Assembly: GCA_050950285.1 (NCBI GenBank)
Contig: JBMNHG010000004.1
Location: forward strand, 124,001 to 177,070
Direction: 5' to 3'
DNA length: 53,070 nucleotides
DNA from: Kiritimatiellia bacterium
GTDB taxonomy: Bacteria; Verrucomicrobiota; Kiritimatiellia; RFP12; JBMNHG01
The position numbers were made by a program, and so were the translations under genes. Below, piece by piece: positions 1-10,334 of the stretch (positions within the stretch are counted from its first letter, which is position 1; each line of letters opens with the position of its first letter). The notes below the pieces were generated by a model. That model saw only the letters and a list, made by a program, of their open reading frames with translations, was not told where the DNA came from and did not search any database.

Positions 1-1
1 C

Positions 2-1918
2 GTGGCCGGGCTCTTCGCCCTCGCAAGGCGGTACACGGCTTCGAGCACCTCCGCCTTCCTGGCCACGCTGGTCGCCACCGCCTTTCCCTACCGCTGGATC
101 ACGCTGCTCGCCGGCAGTCCGACCGGTTTCGCCATGGGGCTTGCCCCGTTCGTGCCGCTTGGGCTGGACATCGCCGTGCGCGACCGGCGCATGCTGGGCG
201 GGTGGCTGGCGGGCGTCGCGCTGCTGCTGTGCTATTGCTCGGATTTGCACGTCTATTATTTCTCCGCCCTGTCCGCGCCCCTGTGGTGCCTTTTTTCGTG
301 GTTGTGCCGCCATGGCGGCGACGCCTCCCATGAAGCGCGCGAAGCCCCTGCGGGCCTCGCCGCTTTCCTTCGTTCCCTCCTCCCGGCGCTGCGCGCCCTT
401 TTGCCGGCGATCGGCCTGGCGCTGCTGACGGTGGTGGCGGGAGCGTGGATGAACCGGCAGTTCGCCGGAACGGACATGTCGGGCGGACGCACCTGGAACG
501 AGGTGATGCTCTATTCCGCAAAGGCGGCCAACCTCTTCGTGCAGGGCGGGAAAGGGATGGGCAGCCACCTTTTCCTGACGGTTTCGCTCGGCGCCCTGCT
601 TGCCCTCTGTCTCGGTTGCGCGCTCGCCTATCCGCGGGATCTTCGCGCCAACTGCCTCGCACCGCGCACGAACCCCTATGTTCTTGTCGCGCTCCTTTTC
701 GTGGCGATGGCGGGGGTGGTCTGCCTCGCGCTCGGTTCGAACGGCCCGGCGGGCGGCCTCGCGATGAAGCTGGCGCGGGCGGTTGTCCCCAAATACACGA
801 TGATCCGGCAGGCGGTGAAGATCTATTGCCTGATGCCTGCCCTCATCGCCGTGGCGCTTGCGCTTCTGCTGCCACGCCGCCGCCAGCATCCGGGCGTGTT
901 TCTTGTGGCGCTCCTCCTTTCCGTCCTGATGGTGCAAGAGGCGAAGTCCGGCATTCGCCCCGCCCTTTCGCTCCTGCCGCGCGAACAGGCCGCCTACCGG
1001 GCCATTGCGGAGGACGCGGCGAAACGGGGCGTCGTCCCCCACGCCCTCTGCCTTCCGCTCTGGCCGGGGGATTCGCATTGGTCGTCGCTGAACCTCCATG
1101 GGGCGATGAACACGCGCGTGCGCCTCGTGAACGGATACAATCCCGCCCGCCGCGACGAATATGTGGAGACGGTCTTCCGCTTCTACGAGAGCGCGAACGA
1201 AGGCTTCCTTTCCGACGAGCAGCTCGACCGGCTGCTCGCTTCGGGCGTGGACTACATCGTGCTCCACGAGGACGCCTTCCCCGAGAAGGTCTCCCCTTGG
1301 CCGGCTTCCGTCACGCTCCGCCGCCTTTTCGAAAATCGCCGCCTTGTCCCCATGCCGTACGCCGCAGGAGGCAGGGCCTGGACCTTCCGGATCGCGGGAC
1401 ATCCGTCGCCGGAAGGCGCGGACCGGACGCTGTGGACGCCGACCGTCCTCTCCGCCTCGCCGGGCTGCCGCAAGAAGTCCCCAGACGATCCTCCGCCCCT
1501 TCCGGACGAATCCGGACGCTACGTCTTCGCGGCGGCCGACCTCTTCCACGCCGGCGAAACCGTCCCCGAAGACGGTTCGGTCCGCCTCGATCCGGATCGC
1601 GACCCTGTCGGGGCCATCGTCTACGGACCCCACCGCGCGGTGCGTCCCGGCCGTTATCACGTCGAACTGGACTTCGCGGTGGACGCTTCCGTCCCCGCCG
1701 GGGAGAGGGTGGGGGAGCTCCGGGTGCGCATGGCCGAAGGCGACGTGCTCGCGTCGGAGCCCGTCGTTTCGGGGCGGCGCTGCGTCACGCCCGCCGCGAC
1801 TCTCGACGACGCTCCGCTGCGTCTGGAGTTCCTCTACGGATGCCCGGTGCGGGAGGGTGCGCTGCGCCCCGTCGCGCCGATCGTACTGCGCACCTTTTCC
1901 CTGGTCCCGGCGGACTGA
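2..1918 (+). CDS. Polytopic membrane protein with C-terminal extracytoplasmic domain, possibly GT-C/YfhO-like glycosyltransferase (5' truncated by window)
   Basis: Many hydrophobic helices over the first ~310 aa, then a soluble domain (LVNGYNP, GVDYIVLHED) typical of this class. Confidence 0.5.
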   Translation: MAGLFALARRYTASSTSAFLATLVATAFPYRWITLLAGSPTGFAMGLAPFVPLGLDIAVRDRRMLGGWLAGVALLLCYCSDLHVYYFSALSAPLWCLFSWLCRHGGDASHEAREAPAGLAAFLRSLLPALRALLPAIGLALLTVVAGAWMNRQFAGTDMSGGRTWNEVMLYSAKAANLFVQGGKGMGSHLFLTVSLGALLALCLGCALAYPRDLRANCLAPRTNPYVLVALLFVAMAGVVCLALGSNGPAGGLAMKLARAVVPKYTMIRQAVKIYCLMPALIAVALALLLPRRRQHPGVFLVALLLSVLMVQEAKSGIRPALSLLPREQAAYRAIAEDAAKRGVVPHALCLPLWPGDSHWSSLNLHGAMNTRVRLVNGYNPARRDEYVETVFRFYESANEGFLSDEQLDRLLASGVDYIVLHEDAFPEKVSPWPASVTLRRLFENRRLVPMPYAAGGRAWTFRIAGHPSPEGADRTLWTPTVLSASPGCRKKSPDDPPPLPDESGRYVFAAADLFHAGETVPEDGSVRLDPDRDPVGAIVYGPHRAVRPGRYHVELDFAVDASVPAGERVGELRVRMAEGDVLASEPVVSGRRCVTPAATLDDAPLRLEFLYGCPVREGALRPVAPIVLRTFSLVPAD

Positions 1919-1967
1919 GGCGTCCCGGCCGCCATTCCACGCCGTCTTCCCGCTCTTTGCTTGCATC

Positions 1968-2879
1968 ATGGAATCCTTCCGACACCTCATCGAATACGCT
2001 TTGCTCCGCGGCCTCTCCGGCTTCCTCTGCCTCCTGCCCTACCGCGTGGCGCTCGGGCTCGCCTGGTGCGTCGCGTGGCTGGCCTTCCACGTCGTCCGCT
2101 TCCGCCGGAAGAAGGCCCTCGAGCGCATCCGTTCGGTCTTCCCGGACATCTCCCGCCGCGAGGCGAAACGCATCGCCTGGATTTCCCTTCGAAACCTCTT
2201 CTTCAACATCGTGGAGCTTATGCGCATGCCGGTGTGTTCGGACAAATGCTTCGACCGCTACTACTCCAACATACTCCCGACGATCCGCCACCTCCAGGCC
2301 CTCGCGGAGAAGTACGGCGGCCTCGTGATGGCGCTGCCGCACTGCGGAAACTGGGATCTCGCCGGACTCGTCGCAGACCACTACGGACTCAAGATTTGCG
2401 CGATCACCGGACGCCAGCGCAACCGCAGGGTCGACAACTGGCTTGCGCGCGTCCGGGGCGGCATGGTCGTGCTCGAACGCGGGAAGCTCTCCGACATCCG
2501 CAAGGCGTCGCGCCTCCTCCGCGAAGGCTATACCATGGCGGTGCTGCCCGACGTGCGAATGCGTCGCAAGGACATCGACGTGCCCTTCCTGGGCGGCGTC
2601 GCGAACCTCGGAAGCGGCATGGCGCGCTTCGCCCGCGAGGCGGGCGTCCCCATCCAGCCCGTCGTGGTGCGCCGCGAGACCTGGACCCGCCTCGTCACGG
2701 AGACCCTCCCCGCCATCCTGCCCGAGGAGATGACGGCTTCGGACGACGCTTCCACGCCGGAGGAGATCGACCTCCGCACGACCCGCAAGGTCCTCGCCGC
2801 CTTCGATGCCGTCATCCGCAGCACGCCCGGGCAGTGGTTCTGGTACAACTCCCGGTGGGTCCTCGATCCCGTCTCCTGA
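1968..2879 (+). CDS. Lipid A late acyltransferase (LpxL/HtrB family)
   Basis: HCGNWD (Hx4D) motif, VPFLG, C-terminal PGQWFWYNSRW; ATG at 1968 within ORF 1161..2879. Confidence 0.85.
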   Translation: MESFRHLIEYALLRGLSGFLCLLPYRVALGLAWCVAWLAFHVVRFRRKKALERIRSVFPDISRREAKRIAWISLRNLFFNIVELMRMPVCSDKCFDRYYSNILPTIRHLQALAEKYGGLVMALPHCGNWDLAGLVADHYGLKICAITGRQRNRRVDNWLARVRGGMVVLERGKLSDIRKASRLLREGYTMAVLPDVRMRRKDIDVPFLGGVANLGSGMARFAREAGVPIQPVVVRRETWTRLVTETLPAILPEEMTASDDASTPEEIDLRTTRKVLAAFDAVIRSTPGQWFWYNSRWVLDPVS

Positions 2880-2906
2880 CCCCGCCGCAATCCTCGAAGA
2901 CGTGGC

Positions 2907-2923
2907 TTGGCACAAGGTTTGCT
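2907..2923 (+). promoter_or_regulatory. Putative sigma-54 (-24/-12) promoter
   Basis: TTGGCACAAGGTTTGCT matches TGGCAC-N5-TTGCW; predicted +1 near 2934. Confidence 0.55.
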
Positions 2924-2934
2924 CTTTCCGCGGC

Positions 2935-5241
2935 ATGCGCGCCCCCCTTCTTCTTGCGCCCCTCGCCGCCCTCCTGCCGCTCCTTCCCGCGACCGCTTCG
3001 CAGGATGGGCCGGTTGCCGTGGGGCTCACCCCCGAATCCGCCAAGACGGATCTCCGGACAACCCTTTCCGTCCCATTGTCCTTTCCCGGACGTGCGGACG
3101 TCTTTTTCCATCCCGCCACGGCCGACTGGCCGGACACCGACTGCGTCTCCGGCGTCGCCGTGCTCCCCGACGACGCGCCGGCCAACCTCCAGGCGCTTGC
3201 GTTCCTGAAGGATCGCGACAGCCGCTGGTACCAGGTTCTTTACGAAGGCCGCATGGGCCCCGGAACGAATCGCTGGGAAGTCGACCTCCGCCCCTCCGCA
3301 ACGGGGTGGGGGCCCCAGGGGCACCATGGCGTCTGGCATCACCGCCTGCGCCTCTCCCCCGACGCCGTGGGGATCCGCCTCTTCTCGGATGGCGCCAGCT
3401 ACACGGGCGCATGCACCATCGCCTCCGTGTCCGCTTCGGTCTGCACCAACCGCTTCGCCGCGCCACCCGAATTCCTCGCGGTGGACGTGCCGAAGGAGAC
3501 GGTCGCCTGCCAGGGCCTGTTCGAGGTGGAGGTGTCGATTTCCGACCGCCACAACGACCCGTTCGACTACGACAAGGCGTGGCTGCGCTGCGAGATGACC
3601 ACTCCTTCGGGTACGACGCATTCCCTCGACGGCTTCTACTACGAGCCGTACTATCGCACCTTCGACGACATGGGCGGCGAGCTCGTCCCCAACGGGCGTC
3701 CCCACTGGCGCGTGCGCTTCTGCCCCCGCGAGCCCGGCGAACACCGCTACCGGCTCTTCTTCCGCGACCGGGGAGGGGAGGCGGAATGGGGCCCCGCGAC
3801 CTTCCTCGCCACGCCCGCCCCCGACGGCGCGCCGCGATTCGTGCGCGTCTCGACCAACGACTTCCGCCAGTTCGAATTCGATGACGGAACCTACTACTAC
3901 CCCATCGGCCACAACATCCGCTCCCCCTTCGACACCCGCATGGACGAGCAGTTCCCGTGGCGCTTCCGCCATCCCGAAGGCAGCGAGGCCTACCGTCGCT
4001 ACCTCCGCGACATGCGCGCCGCCGGCGAGAATCTCGTGGAAATCTGGATGTGCGCATGGTCGCTCGGCATCGAGTGGTCGAACGTGATCAACGGCTACCA
4101 CGGTGCCGGCGACTACCACCTCGGAAACGCCTGGGAACTCGACGAAGTGCTCGGCTGGGCCTATGAGAGCGCCATCTACGTGAACCTGGTCCTGAACAAC
4201 CACGGACGCGCCAGCGAATGGTGCGACCCGGAGTGGGGGGACCATCCGTACAACAAGACGAAAGGCGGCTTCCTCGACCGCGCCATGGAGTTCTTCGACA
4301 ACCCCCGCGCCATCGCCCTCCAGAAGCAGTCCATGCGCTACGTGGTCGCTCGCTGGGGATGGTGCCCCTCCATCTTCGCCTGGGAACTCTGGAGCGAAGG
4401 CAACCTCTGCGGCAACGAAGGCAACCAGCGCACGAATTTCGACCCGCGCTACCTGGCGTGGCATCAGACCATGGGAGACCACCTCCACGCCATCGACCCC
4501 AACCGCCACCTCGTGGCTACCCACACCTCCGGGGACTTCAACGCCCAGAACCCCGCGATTGCCGTCCTCCCGCAGATCGACTTCTGCGCCGTGGATGCCT
4601 ACCACAACTCGCCCGACCCGCTGCACATCGTCCACCTCGTGCGGGCGACCGCCCAATTCAACAACAAATTCCAGAAGCCCGTACTCATCACCGAATTTGG
4701 CGGATCCCCCATGGCCGCCGGCGAAAACCACCTCCGCCGTGAACTCCATGCGGCGCTCTGGGCGTCCACCTGCGCCCCCCTCGCGGGAAGTCCGCTCTTC
4801 TGGTGGTGGCAGCTTGTGGAAGAGGCCGACTTCTATCCGATGTATGCGGCCATCGCGCGGTTCATGGCCGATGTCGACCGCCGCGACCCGGCCCTGGCCC
4901 CCGTGGATTTGAATCTCCGGATCGAGGAAACCAAGCCGCTTCCCGGCAACGTGGCGGGACACATCGCCATGGCCTCTCCCGACCTCTCTCTCGGCTGGAT
5001 CTTCGTGCGCTCCAGCTTCCAGGTGAACGCGCCTCCCCTGGAGAAGCCCCTGGAGGAGGTGACGATGACCCTTCCCAATCTCCCCGACGGAATCTATCGC
5101 GTGGAGTTCTGGGACACCGCCGAGGGAAAGGTGCTCCAACGCCAGGACCAGCGTTCCCAGGACAACCGGCTCGTCGTCGACGTGCCGCCCTTCTCCCGCG
5201 ACATCGCCTTCAAGGTCCGTCCCCTCCGGAAGGACTACTAA
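2935..5241 (+). CDS. Secreted DUF5060-domain glycoside hydrolase (GH5-like TIM barrel)
   Basis: Signal peptide MRAPLLLAPL...; DPFD...DGFY...WRVRFCP domain; AWELWSE and KPVLITEFG acid/base and nucleophile motifs. Confidence 0.7.
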   Translation: MRAPLLLAPLAALLPLLPATASQDGPVAVGLTPESAKTDLRTTLSVPLSFPGRADVFFHPATADWPDTDCVSGVAVLPDDAPANLQALAFLKDRDSRWYQVLYEGRMGPGTNRWEVDLRPSATGWGPQGHHGVWHHRLRLSPDAVGIRLFSDGASYTGACTIASVSASVCTNRFAAPPEFLAVDVPKETVACQGLFEVEVSISDRHNDPFDYDKAWLRCEMTTPSGTTHSLDGFYYEPYYRTFDDMGGELVPNGRPHWRVRFCPREPGEHRYRLFFRDRGGEAEWGPATFLATPAPDGAPRFVRVSTNDFRQFEFDDGTYYYPIGHNIRSPFDTRMDEQFPWRFRHPEGSEAYRRYLRDMRAAGENLVEIWMCAWSLGIEWSNVINGYHGAGDYHLGNAWELDEVLGWAYESAIYVNLVLNNHGRASEWCDPEWGDHPYNKTKGGFLDRAMEFFDNPRAIALQKQSMRYVVARWGWCPSIFAWELWSEGNLCGNEGNQRTNFDPRYLAWHQTMGDHLHAIDPNRHLVATHTSGDFNAQNPAIAVLPQIDFCAVDAYHNSPDPLHIVHLVRATAQFNNKFQKPVLITEFGGSPMAAGENHLRRELHAALWASTCAPLAGSPLFWWWQLVEEADFYPMYAAIARFMADVDRRDPALAPVDLNLRIEETKPLPGNVAGHIAMASPDLSLGWIFVRSSFQVNAPPLEKPLEEVTMTLPNLPDGIYRVEFWDTAEGKVLQRQDQRSQDNRLVVDVPPFSRDIAFKVRPLRKDY

Positions 5242-5388
5242 CTCGGCCACAATTCATACTGCAAAACAGGGGCACGGGTTTTCCAACCCGTGACACGGAT
5301 AGGAATGTCCGTGCCCCTTTCCCAACTCCCAATTCCAGCTCCCAATGCCTAAAATCCCCGCGCACAGCGCTATTTGTGGCCGGGTTAG
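5238..5388. mobile_element. ~150-bp MITE with internal REP-like hairpins, copy 1
   Basis: Terminal inverted repeats CTAACTCGGCCACAA / TTGTGGCCGGGTTAG; near-identical copy at 27157..27306; no ORF. Confidence 0.8.
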
Positions 5389-5446
5389 CAAAGTACGCGT
5401 CGCACCCCCTCCCGCCGAAGCGCCGCGTACGTTCCGGCTTCCGCCC

Positions 5447-6583
5447 ATGCCCCCTTTCTCGCTCCTCGTCAAGCCCGCCTCTTTCGACTGCAACCTTCGA
5501 TGCCGGTATTGCTTCTACCTGCCGAAGAAGACGATTTTCGGCCCCGGCCCGCACCGGATGGAGGCGTCCACGCTGGAGGCGCTCGTCTCGAACTACCTCG
5601 CCTGCCCGATGGAGCGGCACGCCTTCGCCTGGCAGGGCGGCGAGCCGACGCTGATGGGGCTCGATTTCTACCGCGAGGCCGTCCGCCTCCAAAAGCGGTA
5701 CGCGCCCGCCGCCAAGATCCCCGCCAATTCCCTCCAGACGAACGGCACGCTGCTGGATGATGCCTGGGGCGCCTTCCTCCGCGAGAACCGCTTTCTGGTT
5801 GGTATCAGCCTCGACGGCCCCGCCCCGCTTCACGACCGCTTCCGTCTCCGGTCCGACGGCGCGGGAAGCCATGCGGACGTGTTGCGCGGCTTGAAGGTGC
5901 TCCGGCGGCAGGGCGTCGATTTCAACGCGCTTGCACTGGTCTCCACCGCCAACCAGGACCGTCCCGAAGAGGTCTACGCCTACCTGCGGGAACAGGGAGT
6001 CCGCTTCCACCAGTACATCGAATGCGTCGAATTCGACGGACAGGGCCGGCGCCGCCCCTACGCGCTCGCGCCGGGAAAGTGGGGGGAGTTCCTCTGCCGG
6101 CTCTTCGACGCCTGGTATCCACGCGACGTCCACACGGTCTCCATCCGCCTCTTCGACTCCATCCTCTCGCGTCTTGTCACCCGCGTCCCCACGATGTGCT
6201 CGATGGCGGGGGATTGCCGCGGGTACTTCGTGGTGGAGCACGACGGCTCGATCTATCCCTGCGACTTCCAGGTGCGGCAGGACCTCCTCCTCGGCAACGT
6301 GCGCACGGACTCCTTCGCCGACGTGTGGGCCTCACCCCGCTACAGGCAATGGGGGAAGGGGAAGGAAGCGCGCTCCCCGGCCTGCGCGGCATGCCGCTTC
6401 CGGCCGTTGTGCATGGGGGATTGCCCGAAGAACCGCCGGGAGCACCGCAGCGTCCTCTGCGAAGACTGGATGCTCTTCTATTCCCACACCATCGAACGCT
6501 TCGAACGGCTGGCCTCGGCGCTTGCCGAAACGGGCGCGCGGCCCGAGGGCAAGCGCTCCCCGTCCGGCCTCCTCCCCGATTGA
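5447..6583 (+). CDS. Anaerobic sulfatase-maturating radical SAM enzyme (SPASM)
   Basis: VKPAS..CNLRCRYC, WQGGEPTLMG, QTNGTLL, YPCDF and C-terminal CxxCxxxxxCxGxCPK. Confidence 0.9.
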   Translation: MPPFSLLVKPASFDCNLRCRYCFYLPKKTIFGPGPHRMEASTLEALVSNYLACPMERHAFAWQGGEPTLMGLDFYREAVRLQKRYAPAAKIPANSLQTNGTLLDDAWGAFLRENRFLVGISLDGPAPLHDRFRLRSDGAGSHADVLRGLKVLRRQGVDFNALALVSTANQDRPEEVYAYLREQGVRFHQYIECVEFDGQGRRRPYALAPGKWGEFLCRLFDAWYPRDVHTVSIRLFDSILSRLVTRVPTMCSMAGDCRGYFVVEHDGSIYPCDFQVRQDLLLGNVRTDSFADVWASPRYRQWGKGKEARSPACAACRFRPLCMGDCPKNRREHRSVLCEDWMLFYSHTIERFERLASALAETGARPEGKRSPSGLLPD

Positions 6584-6607
6584 CTTTTCCTTCGGATCCG
6601 ATACCCT
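6580..6607 (+). promoter_or_regulatory. Putative sigma-70 promoter (leaderless geometry)
   Basis: TTGACT-N16-TACCCT, then 7 nt to ATG 6615. Confidence 0.4.
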
Positions 6608-6614
6608 GCTATCC

Positions 6615-8933
6615 ATGATGCATCCTCCCGCACGCCCTGTGTCCGCCGCGCCCCGAGCCCGGCGCATCTCCAACTGGTTTGCACGGAACGGGGCCCCGGC
6701 GATTCTGGCCACCGCGGCCGTCGCCGTGGTGCTCTTCTTCCAGCTGGACGAAGTGTGGACGTGGTCCCACGAGGAGCCGCTGGTCCAGGCGGGCATCCTC
6801 CGCAACGTCTCCTTCCTGTTCCCGCCCGACCGCATCAAGCTGTTCGCCTGGCTCGTCCCCCTGGCGATCCTGGCATGGATGGCGGGGCGCAGGCCGGACC
6901 ACGACGACGCTTGCCCTCCCCCTGCGCCGATCGTCCGCGGGGCCGCGTTCCCGATCCTGTTCATGGGGCTGATCCTCTTCCTCGTTTCCAGCATCCCGGA
7001 TCACCCCTGTGCCTATTACATGGGCTGGATGCCCGGGGATCCCAAGCCGTTCCACCATGCGTGGGGGAATTTGGAACGCGTCCTTTTCCTTGCGGCGTGC
7101 CTCACGCCGCTGACGTTGCGCACCCGTCGCTGGGGCGCCTTTCTGGTGGCGATGCTGCTGGCTGCGCAGGTGCTCGCCTTCGCCGCCCTGATGAAGACCA
7201 CCGGCGGCCTGCCGCTTTACCGGGACGACCACCCGTCGTTCCTCTTCCGTCTTCACGAGTTCGCCCTGACCTTCCCGCGGAACATCGACTACAACCCCTT
7301 CTGGAACGCGGGGGTCGTGAATTGGACGGCTACGTCGTCCGGCACGACGGGGCCGGGGCTGCTCTTCCTGCCGCTTTTGCGATGGTGTCCCGTGCATCTC
7401 GTCTACACGCCGCTTTGCGGCGCGCTGTTCATCGTGATCATGCCGTGGCTCGCCGTCGCATCGCTTCGCGCCATCCGCGCCGGATGGGCCGCCGCCGCGA
7501 TCGCCGGCCTCCTCGCCCTCTGCACGAGCCGCAACTTCTTCCTCTGGGCATTCCACTTCGGCACCATTGGCGCCTGCTTCGCGATCTCCTTCTATCCGCT
7601 CTTCATGGCCCTGGGCTATCGGATCCTCGTCCTGCGACGGCATGGGTGGAAGACGCTGCTGGCGTGGACGGTCTCCGCCTTCTTCCTCCTGCAATGGCCG
7701 CCGTGCGCGATCATGGCGGCCCTGCTGGCCCCCGGGGCGCTGCTCACGGCCCGCCACTGGCGCTGGCCGTCGGTCTGGCGTCTGGCGGTCGCCGCCGCCG
7801 TGGTGGCCCTCCTGTTCCTTCCGACCGTGCTGCTCCTGCTCACGCAGGGGACGGACTTGCTGGACTTTGTCGGGCGTGGCGCGGTGGTCGGGAGCAAAGC
7901 CCCGGGCGCCACCCTGCCCGCTTTCTCCGAGTGGATCCGTCTGTTGATCGAGAGGGTCGGCAGACAGCTGGTCGAGGCGAACCCGCTGCTGGTCTTCTTC
8001 GGCGTCGCCGGCGCCTGCGTGCTCCCGTGGAAGAACCTTCGCCGCTGGGTCGCCCTGCCCATCGCGCTGCTCCTCCTGCTCTCGGCGTGGGGGAGCCTGC
8101 TGGCGCCCCGGATGCAGCTGGAACGCATGGCGCTCCCCGCCTTCCAGCTTGCCATCGTCCCGGCGGCGGCCTGGATGGCGGCCGCCCTGTACGATCGCCG
8201 CCCGGCGATGGCCGTCCCGCGCGCCTTGCTCCTCTCGCTTCTGGCACTGGGCATCTTCAACGTACGGGAACTCTACCGGGCCAGGGGATTCGCGCCCTTC
8301 CACGCGCAGCCGCAGCAAATCACCTCCCTGGTCGATTGGGTGCGGGGAAACGTCCCGGAGGACGCCCGCCTGCTTTTCCTCGGAAAAAACATCCACGGCT
8401 ACGGCGGCGGCCACATCGCCTACCTGCCAATCCTGGCCGGGCGCGAGATGATGGCATCGGACTACTACGGCTTCCCGCCCGGCATGATCGACGAGATCTA
8501 TCCGCCCCGGCCCTACCGCAAGCAGGGGGCCGAAGGGGTCGCCCGCTTCGCCCGCCTGCATCGCGTGACGCACCTCGTGACCTACAATCCGACACGGTAC
8601 GTCGAACCCTTCGGCCTTCGCGAGGCGCCGGGCCTTTTCCGCGAGATCCCCGATCTCCAGGACGAATCGCTCTTCCTCTTCGAAGTGCTCGATCCGGCCG
8701 AATCGCTCTTCGAAAAGGGGACCGGACGGGTCCAGGCCACCTTCAACCGGATTGTCGTGGACAGGCTTGAAGGGCAAGACGAGGTGGTCCTTCGCTACAA
8801 CTGGGATCCGCGCCTGGAGGTATCGCGGCCCGCCGAGATTTTCCCGGTGGAGATCGAGGACGACATCACCTTCATCGGCGTCCGCACCCACGGCGCGGAG
8901 CGCGCGGTCATCCGCTTGAAGGGTCTCCTGTAG
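6615..8933 (+). CDS. Large polytopic membrane protein, possibly GT-C fold glycosyltransferase
   Basis: About 15 hydrophobic segments, loop DDHPSF..YNPFWNAG, soluble C-terminal domain. Confidence 0.5.
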   Translation: MMHPPARPVSAAPRARRISNWFARNGAPAILATAAVAVVLFFQLDEVWTWSHEEPLVQAGILRNVSFLFPPDRIKLFAWLVPLAILAWMAGRRPDHDDACPPPAPIVRGAAFPILFMGLILFLVSSIPDHPCAYYMGWMPGDPKPFHHAWGNLERVLFLAACLTPLTLRTRRWGAFLVAMLLAAQVLAFAALMKTTGGLPLYRDDHPSFLFRLHEFALTFPRNIDYNPFWNAGVVNWTATSSGTTGPGLLFLPLLRWCPVHLVYTPLCGALFIVIMPWLAVASLRAIRAGWAAAAIAGLLALCTSRNFFLWAFHFGTIGACFAISFYPLFMALGYRILVLRRHGWKTLLAWTVSAFFLLQWPPCAIMAALLAPGALLTARHWRWPSVWRLAVAAAVVALLFLPTVLLLLTQGTDLLDFVGRGAVVGSKAPGATLPAFSEWIRLLIERVGRQLVEANPLLVFFGVAGACVLPWKNLRRWVALPIALLLLLSAWGSLLAPRMQLERMALPAFQLAIVPAAAWMAAALYDRRPAMAVPRALLLSLLALGIFNVRELYRARGFAPFHAQPQQITSLVDWVRGNVPEDARLLFLGKNIHGYGGGHIAYLPILAGREMMASDYYGFPPGMIDEIYPPRPYRKQGAEGVARFARLHRVTHLVTYNPTRYVEPFGLREAPGLFREIPDLQDESLFLFEVLDPAESLFEKGTGRVQATFNRIVVDRLEGQDEVVLRYNWDPRLEVSRPAEIFPVEIEDDITFIGVRTHGAERAVIRLKGLL

Positions 8934-8943
8934 GGGCGGCTCC

Positions 8944-10131
8944 ATGCGGCGGCTCCCGGAATTCCCCTGCATCGGCTCGCTTCGGGCCGTCGAGCACCTG
9001 TACGTGCACGTCCCCTTCTGCGCACGCAAGTGCGACTATTGCGCCCTCTATTCCGTTCCGGAATTCGACGTGGCGGACAGCCAGGCCTATCCGGCGGCCG
9101 TCTTCGAGGAGCTCGGGCGAATCCACGCGAACACCGGCTCCCCGCTCCGTCCGCGTACCCTCTACATCGGCGGAGGCTCGCCCGACTGCAATCCGGACCT
9201 GCTCGAAACCCTGGTCGAGGGCCTTCGCGGCCGGCTGGACCTCTCGCGCCTCGAAGAGTGGACCGTCGAGCTCCGTCCCATACACCGCGGCTCCTCCTTT
9301 GTCCGGCGCCTTGCGAAGTGCGGGGTGAACCGCGCGAGCATGGGCATCCAGACGTTGAACTGCGCCGTCCTCCGCGAGGTCCACCGTCTTCCGGTGCCTG
9401 CGGACATTCCCCGCACCATCGAGGATCTGCGTGCCGGCGGCATCCGGAACATCGGCGTGGACTTCATCGCCGGCCTTCCGGGGACCTCCCCGGAACAGAC
9501 GCTGGAGGACATCCGCCGGATTCTGCCCTCGCGCCCCGCGCACGTGTCGGTCTACACCCTCATCGTCGAGCCCGGGACGCCGCTGGCGCGCCGCATCGCC
9601 GCCGGCGAACTCTCCGTGCCGGACGACGACGCCCAGATGGACGCCCTCGAACGCGCCGCCCGGGAACTTCGGAACCACGGCTACGCCCGCTACGAGATAT
9701 CCAACTACGCGAAGCGCGGACGGCGGTGCCTCTACAACCTCTCCGTCTGGCGCGGCGAGGACTACCTGGGCCTGGGGCCCTCCGCCGCCTCCCGCATCGG
9801 GTACGAACGATGGACGAACCTTCCGGACGTGGAAGCCTATCTCGAAGCCGCCCAAAACGGCGCGCCGTTTTCCAGGGAGCGGACGACGCAATCGCCCGCA
9901 GACGACGCCGAGGAACGCTTCCTCTTCGGACTCCGCCTTGCGGAAGGCGTCGATCCCGACGGCTTCGCGGCGCGCCGCCCCGACGCCGCCCCGCTGGCGC
10001 CGCATTGGAAGGCCACGCTCGCCACAGCCGCCCGGCAAGGTCTCGCACGCCGCCGCAACACACGCTGGCGCCTCACGGAACGAGGCTTCGAAGTGGCCGA
10101 TTCCGTTCTTGCCTCCCTCTGTCGGGAGTAG
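8944..10131 (+). CDS. hemW: Radical SAM heme chaperone HemW (HemN-like)
   Basis: HLYVHVPFCARKCDYC, LYIGGGSP, YEISNYA, YLGLGPSA. Confidence 0.8.
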   Translation: MRRLPEFPCIGSLRAVEHLYVHVPFCARKCDYCALYSVPEFDVADSQAYPAAVFEELGRIHANTGSPLRPRTLYIGGGSPDCNPDLLETLVEGLRGRLDLSRLEEWTVELRPIHRGSSFVRRLAKCGVNRASMGIQTLNCAVLREVHRLPVPADIPRTIEDLRAGGIRNIGVDFIAGLPGTSPEQTLEDIRRILPSRPAHVSVYTLIVEPGTPLARRIAAGELSVPDDDAQMDALERAARELRNHGYARYEISNYAKRGRRCLYNLSVWRGEDYLGLGPSAASRIGYERWTNLPDVEAYLEAAQNGAPFSRERTTQSPADDAEERFLFGLRLAEGVDPDGFAARRPDAAPLAPHWKATLATAARQGLARRRNTRWRLTERGFEVADSVLASLCRE

Positions 10132-10195
10132 GGTCGCGGCCGATTTCCAAGAAAAAGTTTTCCCATTTGTCAAGTCCGGAGTTTTTAGGGCAAAA

Positions 10196-10243
10196 CCACA
10201 AAATCTAGTGGACAAAACCCCGGAAGCATACTATATGTGGACA
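10196..10243 (+). promoter_or_regulatory. Tandem NrdR boxes upstream of the RNR gene
   Basis: CCACAAAATCTAGTGG (10196-10211) and ATACTATATGTGGACA (10228-10243) fit acaCwAtATaTwGtgt, 32 bp apart, in an AT-rich promoter region. Confidence 0.8.
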
Positions 10244-10334
10244 ATACGTTCCCGGCGCACCGTTGCCGGAAACCCATTTATCATAGTTTTTCCCGCCCTT
10301 TCCCCCCTCACCCCCGTACCCCTCCGCCCCCCGA

